64,000 nt of DNA from an uncultured bacterium (lineage in GTDB: Bacteria; Patescibacteriota; Patescibacteriia; Magasanikbacterales; UBA922). Position 1 is the stretch's first letter. Each line of letters opens with the position of its first letter. Location of the stretch: NCBI GenBank assembly GCA_937861125.1, contig CALMAY010000037.1, forward strand, positions 4,941 through 68,940, given 5' to 3'. The notes under the pieces are model-generated. The model ran no database searches. It was not told where the DNA came from and saw only the letters and a list, made by a program, of their open reading frames with translations. Below are positions 8,281 through 18,583 of the stretch, in pieces. The position numbers and the translations under genes were made by a program.

Positions 8281-9273
8281 CTATTTCTTAGCACATGCTT
8301 CACTATTTCTCCTCGCCTGCTCCAAAAATGCACTCTGTGCAGCAGGTACATTTTCACTCTTCCCGCCCCACGCTTTGAGTACAGCAGTCTGGAGCGCTCG
8401 TCCGTATGAAAATGAAAGTTTCCACATATGTTCTTCACGTAGACGGTTTATCTCACGCAAGGCATCCACTGCATCAGTATCCGAAAGTCCACCTGAAAGA
8501 AACATCACACCAGGTACCTCTAGTGGCGTCGTCTCACCCAGCACATCCAACGTCTCTTTTGCTGACACGACTGGATCAAATACTTCACCAGACTCTTTTC
8601 CTGGAACCACAAAATTTGGTTTGAGAATAATTCCCTTGAGATCAACGCCGATTCTCTCCAACTCTTCAAATAATGTATACTGTACGCTCAGTGTCACCTC
8701 TTTGCATGTTTGCAATGAGTGTGCCCCATCCATGAGCACCTCAGGCTCCACAATCGGCACCATACCCGCCTCCTGTACCAACTTCGCATACTGTGCGAGT
8801 CGTACCATATTTTCGCGGATACACTCGTCGGTTGGAATACCTTCACCAATAGTCACCACCGCACGCCATTTGGTAAATGTAGCACCTAGACGAGCGTACT
8901 CTACGAGACGCTCAGCGAGACCGTCCAATCCTTTGGTCACCACCTCAGTACTGCTATCACGAAATAGTTCTGTTCCAAGATCCACTTTGATACCAGGTAA
9001 CACACCGATACGTTTCAACACGTCAACAAACAAAACACCATCATGTGTACTCTGTCGGATCGTTTCATCGTATAGAATCACACCACTGACATGCTGTTCA
9101 AAACCAGGTGTCGTAAACAAGAGCTCACGATACGCACGGCGATTATCTTCGGTATTTTCTACACCAATTCCATCAAACCTTTTTTGAATTGTTCCTGTAC
9201 TCTCGTCAGCTGCGAGAAGTCCTTTATTATCTGCGACCATTTGTCGGGCAATAGTGTAAAGATTAGTATTCAT
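8281..9273 (-). CDS. fba: class I fructose-bisphosphate aldolase
   Basis: LLAADESTGTIQKRFDGIGVENTEDNRRAYRELLFTTPG is the class I FBA signature. 330 aa. Confidence 0.93.
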   Translation of the reverse strand: MNTNLYTIARQMVADNKGLLAADESTGTIQKRFDGIGVENTEDNRRAYRELLFTTPGFEQHVSGVILYDETIRQSTHDGVLFVDVLKRIGVLPGIKVDLGTELFRDSSTEVVTKGLDGLAERLVEYARLGATFTKWRAVVTIGEGIPTDECIRENMVRLAQYAKLVQEAGMVPIVEPEVLMDGAHSLQTCKEVTLSVQYTLFEELERIGVDLKGIILKPNFVVPGKESGEVFDPVVSAKETLDVLGETTPLEVPGVMFLSGGLSDTDAVDALREINRLREEHMWKLSFSYGRALQTAVLKAWGGKSENVPAAQSAFLEQARRNSEACAKK

Positions 9274-9323
9274 AATGTAAAAATTTAGATTGAAATTAAG
9301 ATTTAGATATTATTAAAATGTAT

Positions 9324-9371
9324 ATTGAGATTAAGATTCTCTCCGAAAAAAATCTTATTCTTAATCTCAAT
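9324..9371 (-). terminator. hairpin after glpX (probable terminator)
   Basis: Perfect 13-bp stem (ATTGAGATTAAGA 9324-9336 with TCTTAATCTCAAT 9359-9371) and a 22-nt loop. It lies 7 nt after the glpX stop, and T-rich sequence follows on the minus strand. Confidence 0.5.
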
Positions 9372-9377
9372 CTTAAA

Positions 9378-10316
9378 CTATTTTAAATGATACGTCTCTA
9401 TAAAACGCACCGTCTTACTCCGACATCGCATTACGACCGAATGAGTAATGTGATGTGTGAAGGTTTCTCGTATACCTTTAAGCAATGGTCCATCAATAAT
9501 TCCAGTGGCAGTAAAACTCACATCATTACCCACGGCCAAATCATCCTGAGTATATACACGTGATACATCTGTGATACCGACACGAGCCAGACGCTTTATT
9601 TGTGCATCATCTTTTGGCACCAAGCGTGTCAACAATTCACCACCCAGACACTTCACCGCAGCAGCAGCAAGTACCCCCTCTGTACTTCCTCCAACACCAA
9701 GGAGCATATCAATCCCACTATCGTCCTGTGAACACGCAATAGCAAAGGCAACATCGCCATCAGAAAATAATCGTACACGCGCGCCAGCGTCTCGAATCTG
9801 TGCAATCAATGGTTCATGACGCGGACGATCCAGCACTGCCACTGTCATATCTGCAATCGGTTTTTGAATCGCTTCAGATACTGACTCAATATTACGTGCC
9901 ACAGTGTTGTCAAACGAGACACGTCCCACTGCACGTGGTCCGACAGCGATCTTGTCCATATACATGTCCGGAGCTGATAGAAGTGACCCGCGTGGACCAG
10001 TAGCGATCACCGAGATAGCATTTGGAACGCCATACGCAACACTGTTGGTACACTCCAATGGATCTACTGCGATATCAATCACAGGACCCACCCCCATACC
10101 CACACGTTCACCGACATAGAGCTCTGGCGCCTCATCCTTTTCACCTTCACCAATCACAACCACACCATCAATAGCGACATCAGCAAAACGAGCACGAATT
10201 TCAGATACAGCAGCTCCATCCGCTGCGTTTTTGTCCCCTTTACCAATCCATACGGCGGCGGCGAGCGCACCCGCTTCAGTTACTCGAACAAATTCTAATG
10301 CAAGATTTCTATCCAT
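9378..10316 (-). CDS. glpX: class II fructose-1,6-bisphosphatase (GlpX)
   Basis: MDRNLALEFVRVTEAGALAAAVWIGKGDKNAADGAAV... is collinear with GlpX throughout. I chose the start at the MDRN Met (10316); the ORF track extends to 10334. Confidence 0.93.
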   Translation of the reverse strand: MDRNLALEFVRVTEAGALAAAVWIGKGDKNAADGAAVSEIRARFADVAIDGVVVIGEGEKDEAPELYVGERVGMGVGPVIDIAVDPLECTNSVAYGVPNAISVIATGPRGSLLSAPDMYMDKIAVGPRAVGRVSFDNTVARNIESVSEAIQKPIADMTVAVLDRPRHEPLIAQIRDAGARVRLFSDGDVAFAIACSQDDSGIDMLLGVGGSTEGVLAAAAVKCLGGELLTRLVPKDDAQIKRLARVGITDVSRVYTQDDLAVGNDVSFTATGIIDGPLLKGIRETFTHHITHSVVMRCRSKTVRFIETYHLK

Positions 10317-10342
10317 ATAACATAGTATAGCCACATCATACC

Positions 10343-10382
10343 AAAAACAAAAACTCTACGCTAGTGCACGCAGAGTTTTTTA
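10343..10382. terminator. intrinsic terminator after the acidic-protein gene
   Basis: 9-bp stem AACTCTACG/CGCAGAGTT with one mismatch and an 8-nt loop, with an A-run on one side and a T-run on the other. Confidence 0.6.
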
Positions 10383-10394
10383 TAAATTATATAT

Positions 10395-10763
10395 TTACCA
10401 GTCACTCTTACTACCTGCCATATCATCTTCCTCTTCTTCACCAAACCCATCAATATCCCCGCCAATACCATCTAAAAAATCGTCGTCGTCTTCATCGTCT
10501 TCTTTTTCTGTCGCCATACCACTCGCCTGACTCCAGAGTTCATCAACATCCATATCCAAATCCAAATCATCTTCATGTTCATGATACCACTGTTCAAACG
10601 CAACCTTCAACTCATCGTTATCACTTGCATTTTCAAATGCGTCTTCAAGTAACGCATATTTTTCTTGATGTGAAATAGCCATCTCTTCCTCCATTTCAGC
10701 AAACACCTGTTGGATATGAGAAAGAACTGATGATTTTGTTTTTTCAAACGTGTCAATCGTCAT
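10395..10763 (-). CDS. hyper-acidic small hypothetical protein
   Basis: 122-aa ORF. The C-terminal half is dominated by Asp/Glu (EKEDDEDDDDFLDGIGGDIDGFGEEEEDD). No family recognised. Confidence 0.55.
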   Translation of the reverse strand: MTIDTFEKTKSSVLSHIQQVFAEMEEEMAISHQEKYALLEDAFENASDNDELKVAFEQWYHEHEDDLDLDMDVDELWSQASGMATEKEDDEDDDDFLDGIGGDIDGFGEEEEDDMAGSKSDW

Positions 10764-10835
10764 ACAAAAAAAGAAAAAAATAATCTATGCAAGAATATAC
10801 CACAGTACATCTTCTAAATAAAGAGAGAAAGTGTG

Positions 10836-10900
10836 GATAAATAGACAAATAAATATTGATGTATGACACACAAATACATATATATGTGTCACACATCAAT
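10836..10900 (-). terminator. probable terminator of the 23S-5S operon
   Basis: 16-bp stem (ATTGATGTATGACACA 10855-10870 with TGTGTCACACATCAAT 10885-10900, one mismatch), followed on the minus strand by ATTTATTTGTCTATTTAT. Confidence 0.5.
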
Positions 10901-10933
10901 TATTATTTTTTACAAAAGAAAAAAGACACAGAA

Positions 10934-11041
10934 TCTGGGCGCTGACCTACTCTTGCCTTGCGACTACCATTGGCGCTGACAGGCTTAACTGCTGTGTTCG
11001 AGATGGGAACAGGTGGACCCCTATCGCAAAAAGCACCCAGA
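10934..11041 (-). rRNA. rrf: 5S rRNA
   Basis: The reverse complement reads UCUGGGUGCU...CCACCUGUUCCCAUCUCGAACACAGCAGUUAAGCC...GGUAGUCGCAAGGCAAGAGUAGGUCAGCGCCCAGA. Helix I is a 10-bp terminal pairing. Flanking sequences extend the stem. Confidence 0.93.
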
Positions 11042-11140
11042 TTCTATGTCCTTTTGAGACGTAGAAATGTGATGAAATGAATACGTATTTAAGGAAGTGT
11101 TTTTCGTTTCTTTCAGTGGTACATTGGAAAAGCACAACTT

Positions 11141-14168
<3,028 letters not shown>

Positions 14169-14390
14169 CAATTGTGCTTCGTAAGTGCTTTTATCTGCGC
14201 TTAAACAGATAAAAAGCGCTTCGTTGTACTATATGCTTCCCCACCATAGGAAAACAATATAGCTGCATTTTTTATACCCTAATTTGTTTCTTTAAATACG
14301 TATTCAATTGTAATGGTCAATCAGATTCATTCATCACAGTGTGACTACAACGTGGTTGTAAGAACACTGTGAGAAACGAGGGTGAGAAAC

Positions 14391-14605
14391 AAAAAACCGC
14401 TTTCCAAGCGGCCAACAACGAGTGTGGGCATTATCTGCTTGGGCAAAGTCTTTGGTATGCTCTTGATATAGACATTGTAATAATGTGTCAATTGAGAGTA
14501 ATGACTCCCATATGGAGTCGCATACCAGAGGTCCGATGCAGCAGTAATGCTTATTAGGACATGGCCTCGCAAGAGCGAGGAGATGTGCACTCAATTTGAA
14601 TGCTC
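14391..14605 (-). ncRNA. structured RNA of unknown class (stand-alone sRNA or terminated rRNA-operon leader)
   Basis: Bounded by a consensus promoter (14610-14638) and a hairpin CCGCUUGGAAAGCGG plus U6 (14391-14411). Internal helices include CCUCGC-UCUU-GCGAGG, GACUCC-AUAU-GGGAGUC, and CUCUGGUAUGC/GCAUACCAAAG. ORFs called here lack any coding support. Confidence 0.5.
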
Positions 14606-14609
14606 CGCA

Positions 14610-14638
14610 ATAGTACACGAGTTTATAATCGTTGTCAA
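14610..14638 (-). promoter_or_regulatory. consensus sigma70-type promoter
   Basis: The minus strand reads TTGACA (14638-14633), a 17-nt spacer, then TACTAT (14615-14610). Confidence 0.65.
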
Positions 14639-14668
14639 GAAACTATCTGTGGATAACATGTGAGATGT

Positions 14669-14761
14669 CGTATACGAAGGCTTAAGAGGCTTAAAAAGCT
14701 CAAAAGGCTTACATATAATTTGTACATTTTAGCCTGTTAGGCCTCTTGGGCTTTTTAAGCC
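14669..14761. repeat. long imperfect palindrome, family B copy 1
   Basis: Left arm GGCTTAAAAAGCTCAAAAGGCTTAC, right arm TTAGGCCTCTTGGGCTTTTTAAGCC. It shares the head GTATACGAA..GGCTTA and the core TAGGCCTCTTGRGCWTTTTAAGC with 27970-28078. Confidence 0.8.
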
Positions 14762-14812
14762 AAAAAAGTTTCTCCTTGCGCCCCACACCACTGTCCTGTA
14801 TAGTGAATATAT

Positions 14813-15283
14813 ATGATAAAAATTACCCTCATCACCCTCGGATCGCTCAAAGAAACGTACTGGAAAGAAGCGGAAAAAGAGTATCTCAAACGCCTGAATT
14901 TATATGTCAAATTTCAACATATAGAACTCAAAGAAGAACGTTTTTCTGATTTACATGAACGAGAAACAGTTCGTATTACTGAAGCACAAAAAATACTCAA
15001 AGTGCTCCCTAATGATTGTTATTTGATTGTACTCGACGAACGTGGCAAAGAGATGGATTCACCTGCGTTTTCTAAGCTATTATTTCATACTATTCCACAA
15101 GGTACACATATTGTGTTTGTCATCGGCGGACCACTTGGATTTAGTGAGGAAATAAAAAAGAAAGCACGGTTACTGCTTTCTTTTTCTCAGTTCACATTTC
15201 CGCACCAAATGATACGCACTATTTTACTCGAACAGATATATCGTGCTGGGACGATTGCACATGAAAAGCAGTACCACTACTAG
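14813..15283 (+). CDS. rlmH: 23S rRNA (pseudouridine1915-N3)-methyltransferase RlmH
   Basis: 156-aa SPOUT protein. The start MIKITLITLGSLKETYWKEAEKEYLKRL, then FVIGGPLGFSEE and the C-terminal FPHQMIRTILLEQIYRA, fit RlmH. Confidence 0.9.
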   Translation: MIKITLITLGSLKETYWKEAEKEYLKRLNLYVKFQHIELKEERFSDLHERETVRITEAQKILKVLPNDCYLIVLDERGKEMDSPAFSKLLFHTIPQGTHIVFVIGGPLGFSEEIKKKARLLLSFSQFTFPHQMIRTILLEQIYRAGTIAHEKQYHY

Positions 15284-15303
15284 TATTACTGCGTATCAAT
15301 ACC

Positions 15304-16023
15304 TTACATATGTGTCAAGTATTTCTTCCTCTTACCCTGAGACATTTTCTCAATCGCATAGCGCAACATTGTCCGTGGCATTTGTTTTGCATATGCATCT
15401 AAAAAATCTTGCAATATTGTTTCATCCTTTTTCCCCATTTCACGTAGCATCCATCCACATGCTTTGTGAATCAAGTCGTGTTTATCAGATAGCAACTGAG
15501 TTGCAATTCTTATCGTTGGTTCATACACGCCCTGACGAATAAAATAGTGTGTAGAGATAATAGAAATTCGTCGCTCCCAAAGATTGTCTGATTGTGCGAG
15601 TGATAACAACACCTTTTTCCATTCACTCTTTTTTTGACCAAAGAGATAGGCACCAACGATATAACTCGCACTACTATCAACCAGATCCCAATTGTTTATT
15701 CGACGAGCGTTTTTGAGGTACCAATCATATATTTTTTTCTGCCTCATTTCATCACCTTTTTGGTATTGATGCACTACAATCAAAAGCGCCGTCAATCGAC
15801 ACTCATGCACTGGATGACGAATCAATTTGTCTATATCTAAAAGAGACAAATCAAAGAACTTTTTTGCAACTATTCTCTGCTGTGGAACCGTAATACCAAA
15901 GAATTGATCGCCTTCCCCATACTGACCTTTGGCAGTCTTGAAAAACCGCTGATATACCACGGCTTTTTGTTTGTCTTGTCGTTTTTTTAATGCGTGGATA
16001 ACTTCGAGATAGGTAACTTTCAT
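15304..16023 (-). CDS. DNA alkylation repair enzyme (AlkD-like HEAT-repeat glycosylase family)
   Basis: Motifs YQRFFKTAKGQYGEGDQFFGI, NNWDLVD, LWERRISI, KACGWMLREMGK and RTMLRYAIEKM fit the DNA_alkylation family. I chose the start at MKVTYLEV (16023). Confidence 0.8.
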   Translation of the reverse strand: MKVTYLEVIHALKKRQDKQKAVVYQRFFKTAKGQYGEGDQFFGITVPQQRIVAKKFFDLSLLDIDKLIRHPVHECRLTALLIVVHQYQKGDEMRQKKIYDWYLKNARRINNWDLVDSSASYIVGAYLFGQKKSEWKKVLLSLAQSDNLWERRISIISTHYFIRQGVYEPTIRIATQLLSDKHDLIHKACGWMLREMGKKDETILQDFLDAYAKQMPRTMLRYAIEKMSQGKRKKYLTHM

Positions 16024-16081
16024 ATACCAATTAGTATACCAAAATACTGTCAACTGAGGTAATTTTATCCACTTTTTAGCA

Positions 16082-16134
16082 TTGACAACTCTCTCTCTCT
16101 ATTTGTTAGTGTGGTTTCCGTCACACGGTGTGAC
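16082..16134 (+). promoter_or_regulatory. promoter block duplicated from rnpB, plus a 15-bp palindromic operator
   Basis: TTGACA (16082-16087), a 19-nt spacer containing (CT)6, then TAGTGT (16107-16112). A perfect palindrome GTCACACGGTGTGAC follows at 16120-16134. Confidence 0.5.
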
Positions 16135-16156
16135 GCTCAAACCAAGAGGATACACA

Positions 16157-17029
16157 ATGAACGGTCCAAACACAATCGAAGAAACACTGGGAATGATGGA
16201 AGATGAGAGGAAGCAGGAGCAGGCTGACCGTACGGCGGCCTACGTCGCCAACATCTTCGCCAGCCACAAATTGAGTAGGGTGTTGGCACGCAACATTGTT
16301 CACAAAAACGCCACCGTGCCATCGACCCAAGGTGACGTAGAACTCAACATCGAACTCACATACGTCGGCCCCTCACAGCACACGTTGACATACTTTGAGT
16401 TCAAAGACGAGGCTGACCGTGGATTTCATTTCCACCTTCATCGACATGGATCCGAATGGTGTGTTCGGTACTTTGTGTCTATGTTGGTGTGCTGTCACTG
16501 GTCAGGACATCGCAGCAAGACGACCCGGGAGTTCCAGGGTCATTTGGCGAACATCAACAAGAAACTGACGACCCCGAGACACACGCATCCCCACCGAGCG
16601 ACCAGGACACCTGCATCCACGCCTGCGCGGGTCGCAGCTTCAGCAACGCCCAAGGTCGACATAGCACCCCTCATCCGTGAGCGGGAAGAAGTGACTCGAC
16701 TGATCACGGACCTGCGAACACAGCTCAATCCTGTGCAGGAGCAGCTGAACTTGATCTCGAGTCGTCGAACTGCAAATGCGCGGCGGCTGCAGTGGATCAA
16801 AGCGAAAGAGGCTGAGTTGGACGCAATGCCAGTGCATGTACGACTTTATTACCCACCGGCCATACGTCTACAAACGGAGGTCGAGAGCGCTCGAGCCAGG
16901 ATCAAGCACGTCGACGATGCTATGGAAATGCAGCTGCGGACAAAGGTGGACCAACTCAGTCTGCAACTGCGTCAGCACGAAGCAGCGTTCGCCGATCTCG
17001 ATCGACGAATCAAGGAGGCGCAGCGATAG
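16157..17029 (+). CDS. GC-rich orphan protein with a C-terminal coiled-coil-like region
   Basis: The ATG at 16157 sits 7 nt after AAGAGGA. 290 aa, starting MNGPNTIEETLGMMEDERKQEQ..., with a Pro/Thr/Ala/Arg linker (TPRHTHPHRATRTPASTPARVAASATPKV) and then heptad-like helical sequence. Sampled lines are about 55-62 % G+C. No family recognised. The ORF-track start at 16082 is the TTG of the -35 box. Confidence 0.6.
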   Translation: MNGPNTIEETLGMMEDERKQEQADRTAAYVANIFASHKLSRVLARNIVHKNATVPSTQGDVELNIELTYVGPSQHTLTYFEFKDEADRGFHFHLHRHGSEWCVRYFVSMLVCCHWSGHRSKTTREFQGHLANINKKLTTPRHTHPHRATRTPASTPARVAASATPKVDIAPLIREREEVTRLITDLRTQLNPVQEQLNLISSRRTANARRLQWIKAKEAELDAMPVHVRLYYPPAIRLQTEVESARARIKHVDDAMEMQLRTKVDQLSLQLRQHEAAFADLDRRIKEAQR

Positions 17030-17054
17030 GAACATCGCACCTGTCGCTACTGAC

Positions 17055-17080
17055 GACCGTCCCGGCACCCCGGGACGGTC
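17055..17080 (+). terminator. GC-rich hairpin terminator of the orphan gene
   Basis: GACCGTCCCGG-CACC-CCGGGACGGTC (perfect 11 bp), followed by AACTATTTTAT. Confidence 0.6.
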
Positions 17081-17158
17081 AACTATTTTATACACCAAAA
17101 ACACTGGTAAAAATATTGTATTAGGTATACTATATTTGTCGATAGCACACCGTACGAT

Positions 17159-18583
17159 ATGGACTTTTCTGAACTTAGAGAGAGTGTATTAGACAAAACA
17201 CCCGGACTCAAACACGCACTCAACCGATATGGTGACATGTCACTTTTGACATATTTCAATACCTTTTCTCACATCTCTTTCCCAGTATCAGAAACCAAAA
17301 AAGATGAAATTACAAGCACAGTCTACGACTATATCGCACGCACGATCGACCCAATTGTCGCCAATCGTGTTGCATCAGAGTTTCACACATCATACTACGT
17401 CTCGACTGCTGACCATCACCATCCACAGACACATCCCTACTCACTCAGCAGCTCCCTCGTTCAGTCTCACGTTGCTACCAAGTCGGGACGAAACACTGTA
17501 TGTATTTTTTCCTGCTCAGGCATATCGATGAACAACAATTCATCACCACGCGGACCACTGTTTCATACTGACACATTGGACGAACAACGACTTCCGCTTT
17601 TTAGTCTAGGACACAAACATCATCCAGTCTATGGGCTACCAGCATATACATCGCAGCAGCTCAAAAAAACGCAACAACTTTTAGCTGAAAACAAACATGT
17701 TACAGATACACAAAAAAAGATTCTTGTACCACTTCTCCAACATATATACGGTACCAGTACAGCTCAATCTCTACACTACTACTCTGAACAACTCACACAT
17801 ACCAATTATCACCTATGGAAACTACTGCCAGAACAGTCCCACATCGACCTCGCTATTATCCCTCAAGAAGATATAGTAAACACACTCTTGATCAAATACC
17901 ATTTGGGAATGAACAGCACTATTGACAAACTCTTACACGAACAAGCATGTTTGGAACGTTTTGAACTTTGTTTTGATGGAATTGATGGCGCATTTTCTCT
18001 GAATGAACGTACAGGCACGTTTTTGTTTTGGGCGATTGTCGACGGAGAACGCAAGGCGCTCTGGCACAACAATGGAACACTGCAAACAGAAGACGCCTCA
18101 TATACCATTACACTCACACCAGAATCAATCACACACGCACTCCAAAATAAAATACTGATGCCGAGCATGGCATTGACGTACATTGTCATTTCGTTCTACT
18201 ATGGAGTTACCTGTGGCGGTGGTTTTTTGCAAGGAAGTTACCTTTCAAAAATGAAATATGCCTACCTTAAATGGCTTGACGCAATAAACGGAGCAACTGA
18301 AGAAAGAAACCAAGTAGAGATGCTTGAGACAGACCTTGTGATGGCAGATTTTTCTTTTTTGACACTCACACACAATGATACGATTGTTCCCGCCACCACC
18401 TTTGATCTGCTCCTCTACCCACAAACAAATCCAAACCACTCTCTGTCTTCATATATAGATAGCTGGACACTCAAGGAAGCAGTGGACCAACTTATGCCGA
18501 TGTTTTACAAAATTCTTTTTCATACAGACAGTAGTATTTCCTCACCCAAAACACCACACACACCATTTCTCTATGTCAAATAA
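17159..18583 (+). CDS. hypothetical protein (474 aa), no recognised family
   Basis: Long ORF with host-like composition. It overlaps the downstream ATP-grasp gene by 11 nt. Confidence 0.7.
   Translation: MDFSELRESVLDKTPGLKHALNRYGDMSLLTYFNTFSHISFPVSETKKDEITSTVYDYIARTIDPIVANRVASEFHTSYYVSTADHHHPQTHPYSLSSSLVQSHVATKSGRNTVCIFSCSGISMNNNSSPRGPLFHTDTLDEQRLPLFSLGHKHHPVYGLPAYTSQQLKKTQQLLAENKHVTDTQKKILVPLLQHIYGTSTAQSLHYYSEQLTHTNYHLWKLLPEQSHIDLAIIPQEDIVNTLLIKYHLGMNSTIDKLLHEQACLERFELCFDGIDGAFSLNERTGTFLFWAIVDGERKALWHNNGTLQTEDASYTITLTPESITHALQNKILMPSMALTYIVISFYYGVTCGGGFLQGSYLSKMKYAYLKWLDAINGATEERNQVEMLETDLVMADFSFLTLTHNDTIVPATTFDLLLYPQTNPNHSLSSYIDSWTLKEAVDQLMPMFYKILFHTDSSISSPKTPHTPFLYVK

Noticed and set aside
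8231-9187. 318-aa plus-strand ORF antisense to the aldolase gene; similar long antisense ORFs inside glmS (4349..5104), pnp (23976..24443, 24631..25242), ftsH, uvrA and recA (40520..41068)
   Set aside because: Each lies fully inside a confidently identified gene on the other strand. Their composition is low-complexity or Ser/Thr/Cys-rich, which is typical of shadow frames.
9290-9372. AAGATT/AATCTT-rich micro-repeats, and a 15-mer (AATCTTATTCTTAAT) shared with 22816-22830
   Set aside because: This is low-complexity AT-rich terminator or spacer sequence, and a single shared 15-mer is not enough to define a repeat family. I kept only the 13-bp hairpin, as a probable glpX terminator.
14440-14640. 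SRP (4.5S/scRNA) RNA on the plus strand, suggested by CCAGAGGUCCGAUGCAGCAG, which resembles the helix-8 string CAGGUCCGGAAGGAAGCAGC
   Set aside because: There is no GNRA tetraloop or symmetric-loop A residues in the right register. The plus strand has no promoter or terminator, whereas the minus strand has both. I keep this region as an RNA of unknown class on the minus strand.
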